A stretch of DNA of 64,000 nucleotides, taken from Eledone cirrhosa. Lineage: Eukaryota. Under the pieces are notes generated by a model that made no database searches, was not told the origin of the DNA, and saw only the letters and a program-made list of their open reading frames with translations. The translations under genes and the position numbers were made by a program. Positions 1 through 11,500 of the stretch are shown one piece after another (within the stretch, counting starts at the first letter, position 1; every line of letters starts with the position of its first letter). The stretch is from NCBI GenBank assembly GCA_964016885.1, contig OZ024742.1, forward strand, positions 347,634,001-347,698,000, given 5' to 3'.

Positions 1-290
1 ATGTCATACGTCTCTAAATCGTCTTCTTTTTCATCATACACATCTTCAAGGGCTTTCCTAAATTTGTATTTTAGTAAAAGGTCTTTTAGCTTCCAGACCT
101 TTCTTCTCCACACCTTCCTGTATGTCTCATTCCATCTCTTGCTTACTGAGATATCACTAACGACTAACCTAAGCTGTGGGGTACATTCTTCCCCAGGGTA
201 TGCTTTGGTATTAGACACTATCTGCCTGTCCCGCTGCCTAACTAGTAAGAAGTCAATCTGGTTTATGTGCTCGCCAGATTTGTAGGTTAT
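1..290 (-). mobile_element. RTE-clade LINE fragment (APE endonuclease C-terminus and linker), cut by window edge
   Basis: 1-255 is a near-identical copy of 1173-1426, which encodes ...NTKAYPGEQCTPQHRLVVSDI...KVWKLKD on the minus strand. Ends at a (TA)n tract. Confidence 0.85.
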
Positions 291-331
291 TATATATATA
301 AAAGACTTCTTATATATATATATATATATAT

Positions 332-532
332 AAGAAGTCTTTGAATAAATTCCTTCAAGAAATCCCGGATAAGCCTCCTACACCCGGATATGCCTCCGTA
401 AACAATAACTCTCTGCTCGAGTGGGCCATGGTGCCCAAACACTGATTTGTAAGACTTCGCCAGGTGGTGCTATTGAGTTAGACATGGCCTGGGCCAATAC
501 TGGCCGAAACCTATCAAAGTTATCAAAGTAAG

Positions 533-533
<1 letters not shown>
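332..533 (+). mobile_element. 3' end of a CR1-like LINE (ORF2 C-terminus plus 3' UTR)
   Basis: 332-445 translates KKSLNKFLQEIPDKPPTPGYASVNNNSLLEWAMVPKH*, resembling the LDKFL..IPD.P..PGY....NSL C-terminus of invertebrate CR1 ORF2. The tail has a GGCCA-ATAC-TGGCC hairpin and tandem TATCAAAG(T) repeats. Flanked by (TA)n on both sides. Confidence 0.7.
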
Positions 534-565
<32 letters not shown>

Positions 566-569
<4 letters not shown>

Positions 570-1424
570 TACGTCCCCTGATGCCTTCAGCATCTCAACA
601 ACTATCCGAATGGTCCAGCAGCCTTACCATTTTCTATTTCCTTAATCGCCTCTTGGACTCTATATTCGTCAATCTCAATAGCTGGTCCTTCTGTCAGATC
701 TACTGAGGGTAATTTCTCTCTCTCCTATTCGTTCTGCACATTCATCAGTCTCTCATAATGACATTTCCAGGCCTCCTTTTTCTGATCATTCGTGACACTA
801 AGTACACCGGCATCATTTCGGACACATTTATCTCCAACAACATCCTGATTTGCATTGACACACTGCCTTGCAATGTGGAACACCACACGCCTCTGATCTT
901 CCTGTTGCAGAACATTGGCAAACCTCCTACTCTCAGCCTCCCTGCATGCTAAGTACACCTGACGTCTAGCTTCTCTCTTAGCGGCTGTATAAGCTTCCTT
1001 ACTCCCACCCTTTTTCCAAGCCTTCCATGCTAGTCTTTTGTCTCTAATGGCCTTATCTACTGTGCTGTTCCACCACCAGGTCACTCTCTGTCTGGTTGGA
1101 GCTCTGCTCCAGCCACAAGTTTCATCAGTAGCCTGCAGTAAGTTGTCACGTAAGAAATTCCAGTTATTATCTATGTCATACCTCTCTAAATCGTCTTCTT
1201 TTTCGTCATACACATGTTGAAGGGCTTTCCTAAATTTGTATTTTAGTGAAAGGTCTTTTAGCTTCCAGACCTTTCTTCTCCACACCTTCCTGTATGTCTC
1301 ATTCCATCTCTTGCTTACTGAGATATCACTAACGACTAACCTATGCTGTGGGGTACATTGTTCCCCAGGGTATGCTTTGGTATTAGACACTATCTGCCTG
1401 TCCCGCTTCCTAACTAGTAAGAAG

Positions 1425-1426
<2 letters not shown>
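566..1426 (-). mobile_element. Internal RTE LINE fragment (endonuclease end to pre-RT linker), degenerate
   Basis: ORF 725..1390 ([24 protein letters not shown]) aligns by eye to the N-terminus of the 55789 RTE ORF. It continues out of frame to GKAAGP..EMLKASGDVG at ~566-630. Both ends abut (TA)n. Confidence 0.9.

Positions 1427-1500
<74 letters not shown>
1427..1500. repeat. (TA)n microsatellite, one of ~9 tracts in 290-3265
   Basis: Pure TA run. Similar runs at ~291-331, 534-565, 1999-2012, 2232-2297, 2658-2724, 2914-2926 and 3200-3259. Confidence 0.98.
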
Positions 1501-1503
<3 letters not shown>

Positions 1504-1998
1504 TGTATATATAGTATATTTGGTAATATACTGTATATTTAATTTAAAACATTTTGAAGACCTTGCGCTACTATTTTAAAGTAGTGACTATGTCACTTAC
1601 TTCTTTTTTCAGCAAAGGAAGGGAGAGATGCTGACAGATCTGTTTGACACTGTTGATGTTCCTCACAGCAACGTACTCGCTGACCTCTGCCGAAGATTAT
1701 AGAGGCTGGATTCTTATAGAATTTCAGTAATAATCAGGAACTGATTATACAGAGCGGTTGCTGGTCCAGCAAAAATTAAAAATTAGGATTGGTGCTCTGA
1801 AATAGCGATGTATACATGAATGTATGTATAGTATATATTCCTTTGCTGAAAAAAGAAGTAAGTGACATAATCACTACTTTAAAATAATAGCGCAAGGTCT
1901 TCAAAATATTTTTAATTAAACATACAGTATATTACCAAATATACTATACATACATTCATGTATACATCGCTATACATTCATGTATACATCGCTATTTC
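1501..1998. repeat. Inverted-duplication element (Penelope-LTR-like fold-back)
   Basis: 1501-1620 is the reverse complement of ~1838-1958, and 1800-1837 is the reverse complement of ~1940-1998. A decayed hammerhead-like motif lies at 1629-1670 (-). Confidence 0.75.
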
Positions 1999-2229
1999 TA
2001 TATATATATATAAATATGAGAAGAATTGAGTGCTGCGTGGTTGCACATGGGTTACATATGAATAAAATTAGTCCTTCATCAGTGATTTGCCAACTTTCAT
2101 TGGTATTTCATCGCTTTAAAAATCATATACCTCTAGTTGGTGCGAGCAATAGCTAAATAAAGCTATTGGGACAAGTAATATAGCGTAAAACGAGCGAGAC
2201 AAGTAAGCAAACATGGTATTGCAACGGAA

Positions 2230-2297
<68 letters not shown>

Positions 2298-2299
<2 letters not shown>

Positions 2300-2653
2300 G
2301 ATAACAAATTATCGTTATAGGTAATCTAGTTAGAGGTTGTGAGTACTCCGTATTGGATAGTTTTCGCTATGGTGTTGTTTGACTCAATAAGAGGTTTCCT
2401 TAGGTAGCAAGTTTGTGAGTTCTCGGGAATTCCTATGCAGGTTCATCTTGGAGTAATAATAGTGAAATTACAAACACTGTGTATAATTTTAACCAGTTAT
2501 TCCAATGATTTGATTAGGCATACATTGTATTTAAAATTGAGTGACACAACTTCAAGTGATTAGCAATTTTTAGACAACTTAATCAATGAAACAATTATTA
2601 ATACTGTAAATAAAACCCTTTTTGTACTGTTGACCATGTTATTCTTCACTCTT

Positions 2654-2657
<4 letters not shown>
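2298..2657 (+). mobile_element. (TA)n-bounded non-coding cassette, family A, with decayed hammerhead motif
   Basis: Same termini (GGGATAACAAATTATC...CACTCTTTCAC) as 39988-40197. Contains cagttatt-CCAATGA-t-ttgattagg...cttaatcaa-t-GAAAC-aatt-ATT-aatactg at 2494-2606, followed by AATAAA. Confidence 0.75.
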
Positions 2658-2727
<70 letters not shown>

Positions 2728-2743
2728 TGTATATTCTCTTCAT

Positions 2744-2864
2744 TCTCGCAAGCTCCGATGAACTGACTGGTTATAATTTTGTATTGGCGATCGAGTAACG
2801 CGAAAATAAGCGGATAGCGATCTCTAGACCTACCAGTTCAGAGAAACAATTGTCAGCAATGAGA
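2744..2864 (+). ncRNA. Variant type I hammerhead ribozyme (CCGAUGA core, long helix II insert)
   Basis: gct-CCGATGA (2755-2761), helix II ctgactgg/ccagttcag, GAAAC (2843)-aatt-GTC (2852-2854)-agc. Helix I is extended by tctc/gaga, and ATTAAA follows. Confidence 0.6.
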
Positions 2865-2926
2865 TTAAAAACCTTTTTTGTATAGCAAACCGTGTCACTC
2901 TTCTTTTCTGATTTATATATATATAT

Positions 2927-3198
2927 GTAAAAGTTCTATTTAAATTGTTGGGATACAACAAGCAAATATTTTTATAACTGATATAAAGCACTCAACAAAT
3001 ATTTGGAGTAAAAATACGATATTAACAAATGGAAACTATATTTATAAAACCATATTTATTTCATTATACATATTTCAAGGACACCAAGTTAAATTATGGT
3101 GTGCTTTCATCAGATAAAATATAATATAGATAGTTTTATAAATAAATATTGACATACCCTTAAAGAATGCAACCATTACTGTTGGATTTGTTAATATC

Positions 3199-3199
<1 letters not shown>
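2927..3199 (-). mobile_element. (TA)n-bounded non-coding cassette, family B (Penelope-LTR/retrozyme-like)
   Basis: 2927-3080 is homologous to 45740-45893 with the same left boundary. Contains the hammerhead at 3057-3121. Confidence 0.75.
3057..3121 (-). ncRNA. Type I hammerhead ribozyme
   Basis: Minus strand reads tattttat-CTGATGA-aagcacacca-taatttaact-tggtgtcctt-GAAA-tatgta-TA-atgaaata: complete core, 8-bp helix I, ~9-bp helix II, minimal helix III, AUA cleavage triplet, then AATAAA. Confidence 0.8.
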
Positions 3200-3264
<65 letters not shown>

Positions 3265-3267
<3 letters not shown>

Positions 3268-3412
3268 CCAGCTGTAGAAATCATGCCAAAACCAGAAAGT
3301 ACGATGTCCCCTCCCCTCTTCAACCAGTTGTTCTGAATTAAGTGTTGACTGGGTGTCTGACAACCTGTCCAATCTCTGCCAGAATGAAACTGCTGTTAAA
3401 TGATGATGATGA
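3265..3412 (+). mobile_element. RTE/SINE-type 3' tail remnant ending in (GAT)n
   Basis: atccagctgtagaaa...ctgtccaatctctgccagaatg...gttaaatgatgatgat matches the tails at 49918-50005 and 57984-58120. Confidence 0.7.
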
Positions 3413-3568
3413 TGGTAGTTGTGGTGGTGGGGATGATCATAATGATGATGATCGGCATGGTGGTTACGATGATGTTGATGGTGGTCATGGTGATGCTGAT
3501 GATAATGATAATGGTGATGGTGATGTTGGCAGTGATGATGATGGTGGTGATCGTGGTGGTGAAGATGG

Positions 3569-3603
<35 letters not shown>

Positions 3604-3848
3604 TTGGTGGTGAAGATGATGATGATGATGTTGGTGATGATGCTGATGTTGGTGATGATGATGATGATGATGATGGTGATGATGGTGATGGTGGTAGTGG
3701 TGGTGACAATGATGGTGATAATGATTTCCTCATAAATTCAATAAGTAGGTGATGGTCATAATGATGATGATGGTAGTGTTGGTGGTGGTGGTGGTGGTGG
3801 TGGTGGTGGTGGTGGTGGTGGTGGTGGTGCTGTTGATGATGATGGTGG

Positions 3849-3879
<31 letters not shown>

Positions 3880-3914
3880 GATGGTGGTGGTGGTGGTGGT
3901 GGTGCTGGTGATGG

Positions 3915-3978
<64 letters not shown>

Positions 3979-4256
3979 GGTGGTGGTGGTGGTGGTGGTG
4001 GTGGTGGTGTTGATGATGATGGTGGTGGTGGTGGTGGTGGTGGTGGTGGTGCTGTTGATGATGATGGTGGTGGTGGTGGTGGTGGTGGTGGTGGTGGTGG
4101 TGGTGGTGGTGGTGGTGGTGGTGCTGTTGATGATGATGGTGGTGGTGGTGGTGGTGGTGGTGGTGCTGTTGATGATGATGGTGGTGGTGGTGGTGGTGGT
4201 GGTGATGATGGTGGTGGTGGTGGTGGTGGTGGTGGTGGTGGTGGTGGTGGTGGTGG

Positions 4257-4287
<31 letters not shown>

Positions 4288-4345
4288 GCTGGTGATGATG
4301 GGTGGTGGTGGTGGTGGTGGTGGTGGTGGTGGTGGTGGTGGGTTG
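3400..4345. repeat. Compound (GAT)n to (GGT)n trinucleotide array
   Basis: GAT/GGT triplets, GAT-rich to ~3730 and GGT-rich afterwards, with recurrent gctgttgatgatgat interruptions. Confidence 0.95.
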
Positions 4346-4862
4346 GTGGGAATCCTGACTTCAGCTTAGTTATAGCTAAACTCATTAACCTTTCCTGTCA
4401 CTCACACTTGAACATTTCCATACAATCTGTTTTGAAAGGATAGTTATTATCACATGAAGAGGAAAATTAGGTTGAAGAGGGAGTGCTGCCTTCCAGCTAA
4501 GGGGCCCCACCTCTACCCCATCTTTCCAAGAGTAGTGAGGATGGTTGAATGAATAGGCCTACCCTAACTATAAATAGAAGCAGGAAAACAGGGAAAAGCA
4601 CTTGCTTTGGCAATCAAGTTAACTGTGGCTTTTTAAGGGCTGTTTTTTTACCACAAGTGGCCCTTGGAAGTCTCATCAGAATTGAGGAATTTTCTTTCTT
4701 ATAATTTATTGTTAATTTTTTTTTTTTTTTTTTGAAAGGGGTTTAAATCTCCCCTGTTTACACACAAACAGACTCTCTCAATATCTTGTCCTGTGTCATC
4801 CTTAATGTTTTCTTCGCTTTGAGACACTCACCATCACTGCCACCACCACCACTACTTCTGCT

Positions 4863-6195
4863 CACAACAACCCGCAACACCACAACCCTCAACAACACAA
4901 CACCACAACACCACAACCCTCAACAACACAACCCACAATACAACCCACAACGACACAACACAACACTACAGCACAACAACCAACAACACCACACCACCAC
5001 ACCACCACACCACCACAACACAACAAAAACACCACAACACCACACCACCAAAAAAACACCACAACACCACACCACCACAACAACACCACAACAACACCAC
5101 AACACCACACCACCACAACACCACAACACCACACCACCACAAAAACACCACAACACCACACCACCACAACAACACCACAACAACACCACAACACCACAAC
5201 ACCACAACAACACCACAACAACACCACAACACCACACCACCACAACAACACCACAACAACACCACAACACCACAGCACCACAACACCACAACACCACAAT
5301 ACCACAACACCACAACAACACCACAACACCACACCACCACAACACCACCACAACACCACCACAACACCACCACAACACCACAACAGCACAACACCACAAC
5401 ACCACAATACCACAACACCACAACAACACCACAACACCACACCACCACAACACCACCACAACACCACCACAACACCACCACAACACCACAACACCACAGC
5501 ACCACAACACCACAATACCACAACACCACAACAACACCACAACACCACACCACCACAAAAACACCACAACACCACAACAACACCACAACACCACCACAAC
5601 AACACCACAACACCACATTACCACAACAACACCACAACACCACAACACCACCACAACACCACAATACCATCACAACACCACAACACCACCACAACACCAC
5701 CACAACACCACAACACCGCAACAACCCACAACACCACAACAACACCACAACAACACCATAACACCACAACACCACAACACCACAAACACCACAACAACAC
5801 CAGAACACAACAACACCACAACACCACAACACCACCACAACAACCCACAAAACCACCACAACAACCCACAACACCACAACACCACAACACAACCCACAAC
5901 ACCACCACAACACAACACCACACCACCACAACACCACACCACAACACCACAACACCACCACAACAACCCACAACACCACCACAACACCACAACACAACAC
6001 AACAACACCACAACACCACAACACAACACCACCACAACACCACACAACAACACCACAACACCACAACACCACAACACAACACCACAACACCACAACACAA
6101 CACCACCACAACACAACACCACCACCACAACACAACACCACCACACAACAACACCACAACACCACAACACCACAACACCACAACACAACACCACA
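4863..6195. repeat. CAC/CAA low-complexity minisatellite (AACACCAC-based)
   Basis: Almost only A and C on the + strand, with a recurrent 8-mer aacaccac and ~81-bp secondary repeats. Confidence 0.95.
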
Positions 6196-6235
6196 AGATG
6201 GTAATAACAAAACAAACGAATATAATAAGAAATAA

Positions 6236-6692
6236 AGAGGAGGAGAGAGAATGGGAGAGAGGTAGAGAGCGGGAGAGAGAGGGAGAAAGGGTGTGTTGAG
6301 GAGGAGAGTGTGTAGAGAGGAAGAGAGAGTGAGGGGGAGTGAGAGAGAGAGAGTGTGTGTGTGTAGAGAGAGAGGAGAGAGAGTGAGGGGTAGTGAGAGA
6401 GAGAGTGTGGGGGAGTATAAGAGAGAGAGAGTGTAGAGAGGAAGAGAGTGTGAGAGGGAGTGAAAGAGAGAGAGTGTAGAGAGAGTGACGGGGAGTGAAA
6501 GAGAGTGTGTGTAGAGAGAGGAAGAGAGTGTGAGGGGGAGTGAAAGAGAGAGAGTGTGTAGAGAGGAAGAGAGAGTGAGGGGAAGTGAAAGAGAGAGAGT
6601 GTGTGTAGAGAGGAAGAGAGAGTGAGGGGAAGTGAAAGAGAGAGAGTGTGTGTAGAGAGGAAGAGAGAGTGAGGGGGAGTGAAAGAGAGAGA
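6236..6692. repeat. GA-rich purine minisatellite (~40-45 bp unit)
   Basis: Repeats of gagagtgtgtagagaggaagagagagtgagggg(g/a)agtgaaaga. Confidence 0.9.
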
Positions 6693-7004
6693 ACAGAAAC
6701 TATTTTGCTTAAGTGAATTATATTTAGAATAATGAGAAGGTAGAAGGAGAGGGATGGTGAAGTGCTAAAGAGATTAAGGTTTAAATGATAACACCAAGTA
6801 CCCATGGTGTCTTGCCAGATTCTTCCACATGAATGAAAGAAACTATTTAATAGCTGTATAATAGAGTGATGGAGGAAGAAGGGTTGTCCTGGTGTATTCA
6901 GTTGGAATGGCCAACCAATTATCATTCATTATCAGTATTCTATTTCACAAACATCATGTAGTGCATACGTAGAAGCCTGCCGCCGAATTTTTACAAAGTG
7001 CTGA

Positions 7005-7575
7005 GAAGATAAAGTTAATATAAAGAATGGTATGTTTGTGTGCTGAGATGTTAGGAAATAGCTTATAAAATAGGGTGAAGATCCTTAAAGATCGAAAAAG
7101 GAGTTGCCATTGAGCTAAAAAGAAGCCTTCAACATGTCTGAAATATGATGGCTGAATTGATGATGAGGTGGAGAATAAATGGTAAACTGTATATAATATG
7201 GAATGAAATTGAAATAACAATAATGGAATATGTATAGGTTGAGTTGTATTCCGCTATAAAGAATAGGGTGTTTATGTGATGAGATGTTATAAGATAGCTT
7301 ATAAAATAGGGTGAAGATCCTTAAAGATGGAAAAAGAAGTTGTCATTGGCTGCTGTGAGGAATAGAACCCCATATCTCTCAGATACCAGCTAGGCTTGCA
7401 GTCTTAAATTAAGTAGCTGAATCACAGCTTTTAAATGTAAATAAACATATACGTAGCTAATATCTCAGGTTTTATGAAGTGCCGAGGAGATAAAGTTAAT
7501 AGAAAGAATGCTGAGAGGCTACAAAATAGGATGAAGACCCTTAAAAACAGAAAAAGAAGTTGCCATTGAGCTATT
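7005..7575. repeat. Three diverged copies of a ~90-110 bp segment
   Basis: aaatagg(g/a)tgaaga(t/c)ccttaaa...aaaaa(g/a)gaagttg(c/t)cattg at ~7065, ~7305 and ~7525. Confidence 0.8.
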
Positions 7576-7607
7576 TCATAATATCTCAGTACATGAGCAC
7601 ATTATTC

Positions 7608-7905
7608 TTTATCCCTTTAGTTCCAATCCAGCCAAAACTGACTCTGGTTCTATGAAATAAAACTGTTTTATCCCTTTAGTTACCAATCTGACAAAAACTA
7701 GCTCTGGTTCTATGAAATAAAAACTGTTGTATCCCTTTAGTTACCAACCTGACAAAAACTAGCTCTGGTTCTATGAAATAAAAACTGTTGTATCCCTTTA
7801 GTTACCAACCTGACAAAAACTAGCTCTGGTTCTATGAAATAAAACTGTTTTATCCTTTTAGTTACCAATCTGACAAAAAACTGGCTCTTGTTCTAAGAAA
7901 TAAAA
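7608..7905 (+). repeat. 59-60 bp tandem repeat, five copies
   Basis: Unit tatccctttagttaccaa(t/c)ctgacaaaaactagctctggttctatgaaataaaa(a)ctgtt. Confidence 0.92.
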
Positions 7906-8360
7906 CAACCCATTTTAAAGGTTTCTAATTTAAATTAAAATCTTCCAACATAATTTTATATAAGAACCTTACACTAATCTTTAACATGCTAATTTTATTT
8001 ATGAATTGCTTCCCTTAATACTTTATTATGTATTGAGGGGAGATTACTCTATCAGCGACTTATGTCACTGACAGCGCCCAGAAGGTTACGTTACTATCTT
8101 AGTAATGAAATAATTAATAATTTTAGTAAATTCCTCAAAATGCTTCATTAATTAATAGAGTGCACTTCGTTAGAAATGCTGTCATGAAAGGTTTGTATTA
8201 AGTATTCTATGTATATACACCAGTCATACTCAAACAGGAGACACTTGGATCCCAGATGAGGAATTTTAGCCAAGGGAGAAGTCTAAACAGGAATAGAATA
8301 CAGGCTATAAAGCAGATGCCATTTTGAGTTTCCTGCAATACATCTGAGGCCAACTTAATT

Positions 8361-8535
8361 TCATCATCATTTTTATATGTGCCATCTATGCTGGCATGGG
8401 TTGGACAGATTGTCTCAGTCCAAAACAAAATATCTTGCTCACCCATTCCACATCCAGCGTGATTTCTATGTCTGGATGCCCATCCTAATGCAAATCACCT
8501 TACAGAATTTACTGAGTTATTTTAAGTAGTAGCAG
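8361..8535 (-). mobile_element. RTE/SINE 3' tail remnant adjoining the satellite
   Basis: Minus strand reads ...ctgtaaggtgatttgcattaggatgggcatccagacatagaaa...ctgtccaacccatgccagcat...aaatgatgatga, matching the tails at 49890-49930, 57955-58120 and 49413-49468. Confidence 0.8.
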
Positions 8536-11500
8536 CACTACCACTTTACAGAGTGTACTGGGTGTGTTTTATCATTGGTACCAGCACTACCACTTTACAG
8601 CGTGTACTGGGTGTGTTTTATCCTTGGTACTAGCACTACCACTTTACAGGTTGGATTGGGTGTGTTTTATCATTGGTACCAGCACTAACACTTTACAGAG
8701 TGTACTGGGTGTGTTTTATATTTGGCACCAGCACTACCACTTTACAGGGTGTACTGGGTGTGTTTTATAATTGGTACCAGCACTAACACTTTACAGAGTG
8801 TACTGGGTGTGTTTTATATTTGGCACCAGCACTACCACTTTACAGGGTGTACTGGGTGTGTTTTATAATTGGTACCAGCACTACCACTTTACAGAGTGTA
8901 CTGGGTGTGTTTTATCATTGGTACCAGCACTACCACTTTACAGAGTGTACTGCGTGTGTTTTATCATTGGTACCAGCACTACCACTTTACAGAGTGTACT
9001 GGGTGTGTTTTATATTTGGCACCGGCACTACCACTTTCCAGGGTGTACTGGGTGTGTTTTATCATTGGTACCAGCACTAACACTTTACAGGATGTACTGG
9101 GTGTGTTTTATCATTGGTACCAGCACTACCACTTTACAGAGTGTACTGGGTGTGTTTCATATTTGGCACCAGCACTACCACTTTCCAGGGTGTACTGGGT
9201 GTGTTTTATCATTGGTACCAGCACTAACACTTTACAGAGTGTACTGGGTGTGTTTTATATTTGGCACCAGCACTACCACTTTACAGGGTGTGTTTTATAA
9301 TTGGTACCAGCACTAACACTTTACAGAGTGTACTGGGTGTGTTTTATATTTGGCACCAGCACTAACACTTTACAGGGTGTACTGGGTGTGTTTTATAATT
9401 GGTACCAGCACTACAACTTTACAGAGTGTACTGGGTGTGTTTTATCATTGGTACCAGCACTGCCACTTTACAGGGTGTACTGGGTGTGTTTTATCATTGG
9501 TACCAAGACTACCACTTTACAGGGTGTACTGGGTGTGTTTTATCATTGGTACCAACACTACCACTTTACAGGATGTACTGGGTGTGTTTTATAATTGGTA
9601 CCAACACTACCACTTTACAGGATGTACTGGGTGTGTTTTATCATTGGTACCAACACTACCACTTTACAGGGTGTACTGGGTGTGTTTTATCATTGGTACC
9701 AACACTACCACTTTACAGAGTTTACTGGGTGTGTTTTATAATTGGTACCAGCACTACCACTTTACAGGGTGTACTGGGTGTGTTTTATAATCGGTACCAG
9801 CACTACCACTTTACAGGATGTACTGGGTGTGTTTTATCATTGGTACCAACACTACCACTTTACAGGGTGTACTGGGTGTGTTTTATAATTGGCACCAGCA
9901 ATACCACTTTACAGGGTGTACTGGGTGTGTTTTATCATTGGTACCAGCACTAACACTTTACAGGGTGTACTGGGTGTGTTTTATAATTGGTACCAGCACT
10001 ACCACTTTACAGTGTACTGGGTGTGTTTTATCATTGGTACCAGCACTACCACTTTACAGGTTGTACTGGGTGTGTTTTATAATTGGCACCAGCACTACCA
10101 CTTTACAGAGTGTACTGGGTGTGTTTTATCATTGGTACCAGCACTACCATTTTACAGAGTGTACTGGGTGTGTTTTATCATTGGTACCAGCACTACCACT
10201 TTACAGGGTGTACTGGGTGTGTTTTATCATAGGTACCAACACTACCACTTTACAGGGTGTACTGGGTGCGTTTTATCATTGGCACCAACACTACCACTTT
10301 ACAGAGTGTACTGGGTGTGTTTTATATTTGGTACCAGCACTACCACTTTACAGAGTGTACTGGGTGTGTGTTATCATTGGCACCAACACTACCACTTTAC
10401 AGGGTGTACTGGGTGTGTTTTATATTTGGTACCAGCACTACCACTTTACAGAGTGTACTGGGTGTGTGTTATCATTGGCACCAACACTACCACTTTACAG
10501 AGTGTACTGGGTGTGTTTTATATTTGGTACCAGCACTACCACTTTACAGAGTGTACTGGGTGTGTGTTATCATTGGTACCAACACTACCACTTTACAGGG
10601 TGTATTGGGTGTGTTTTATCATTGGTACCAGCACTGCCACTTTACAGAGTGTACTAGGTGTGTTTTATATTTGGTACCAACACTACCACTTTACAGGGTG
10701 TACTGGGTGTGTTTTATCATTGGTACCAGCACTACCACTTTACAGGGTGTACTGGGTGTGTTTTATCATTGGTACCAACACTACCACTTTACAGGGTGTA
10801 CTGGGTGTGTTTTATCATTGGTACCAGCACTACCACTTTACAGGGTGTACTGGGTGTGTTTTATCATTGGTACCAGCACTACAACTTTACAGGATGTACT
10901 GGGTGTGTTTTATCATTGGTACCAACACTACCACTTTACATGGTGTACTGGGTGTGTTTTATCATTGGTACCAGCACTACCATTTTACAGGGTGTACTGG
11001 GTGTGTTTTATCATTGGTACCAGCACTACCACTTTACAGGGTGTACTGGGTGTGTTTTATCATTGGTACCAGCACTACCACTTTACAGGGTGTACTGCGT
11101 GTGTTTTATAATTGGTACCAGCACTACCACTTTACAGGATGTACTGGGTGTGTTTTATCATTGGTACCAGCACTACCACTTTACAGGGTGTACTGCGTGT
11201 GTTTTATAATTGGTACCAGCACTACCACTTTACAGGATGTACTGGGTGTGTTTTATAATTGGTACCAGCACTACCACTTTACAGAGTGTACTGGGTGTGT
11301 TTTATAATTGGTACCAGCACTACCACTTTACAGGATGTACTGGGTGTGTTTTATCATTGGTACCAGCACTACCACTTTACAGGGTGTACTGGGTGTGTTT
11401 TATAATTGGTACCAGCACTACCACTTTACAGAGTGTACTGGGTGTGTTTTATCATTGGTACCAGCACTACCACTTTACAGGGTGTACTGGGTGTGTTTTA

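Noticed and set aside
3342-6925. Poly-D/V/P and His/Thr- or Cys/Val-rich ORFs
   Set aside because: Translations of simple repeats open on both strands and several frames.
8207-8446. Possible minus-strand coding exon (ETQNGICFIACILFLFRLLPW...)
   Set aside because: Weak polypyrimidine tract, no recognisable protein similarity, and the ORF partly overlaps a SINE tail.
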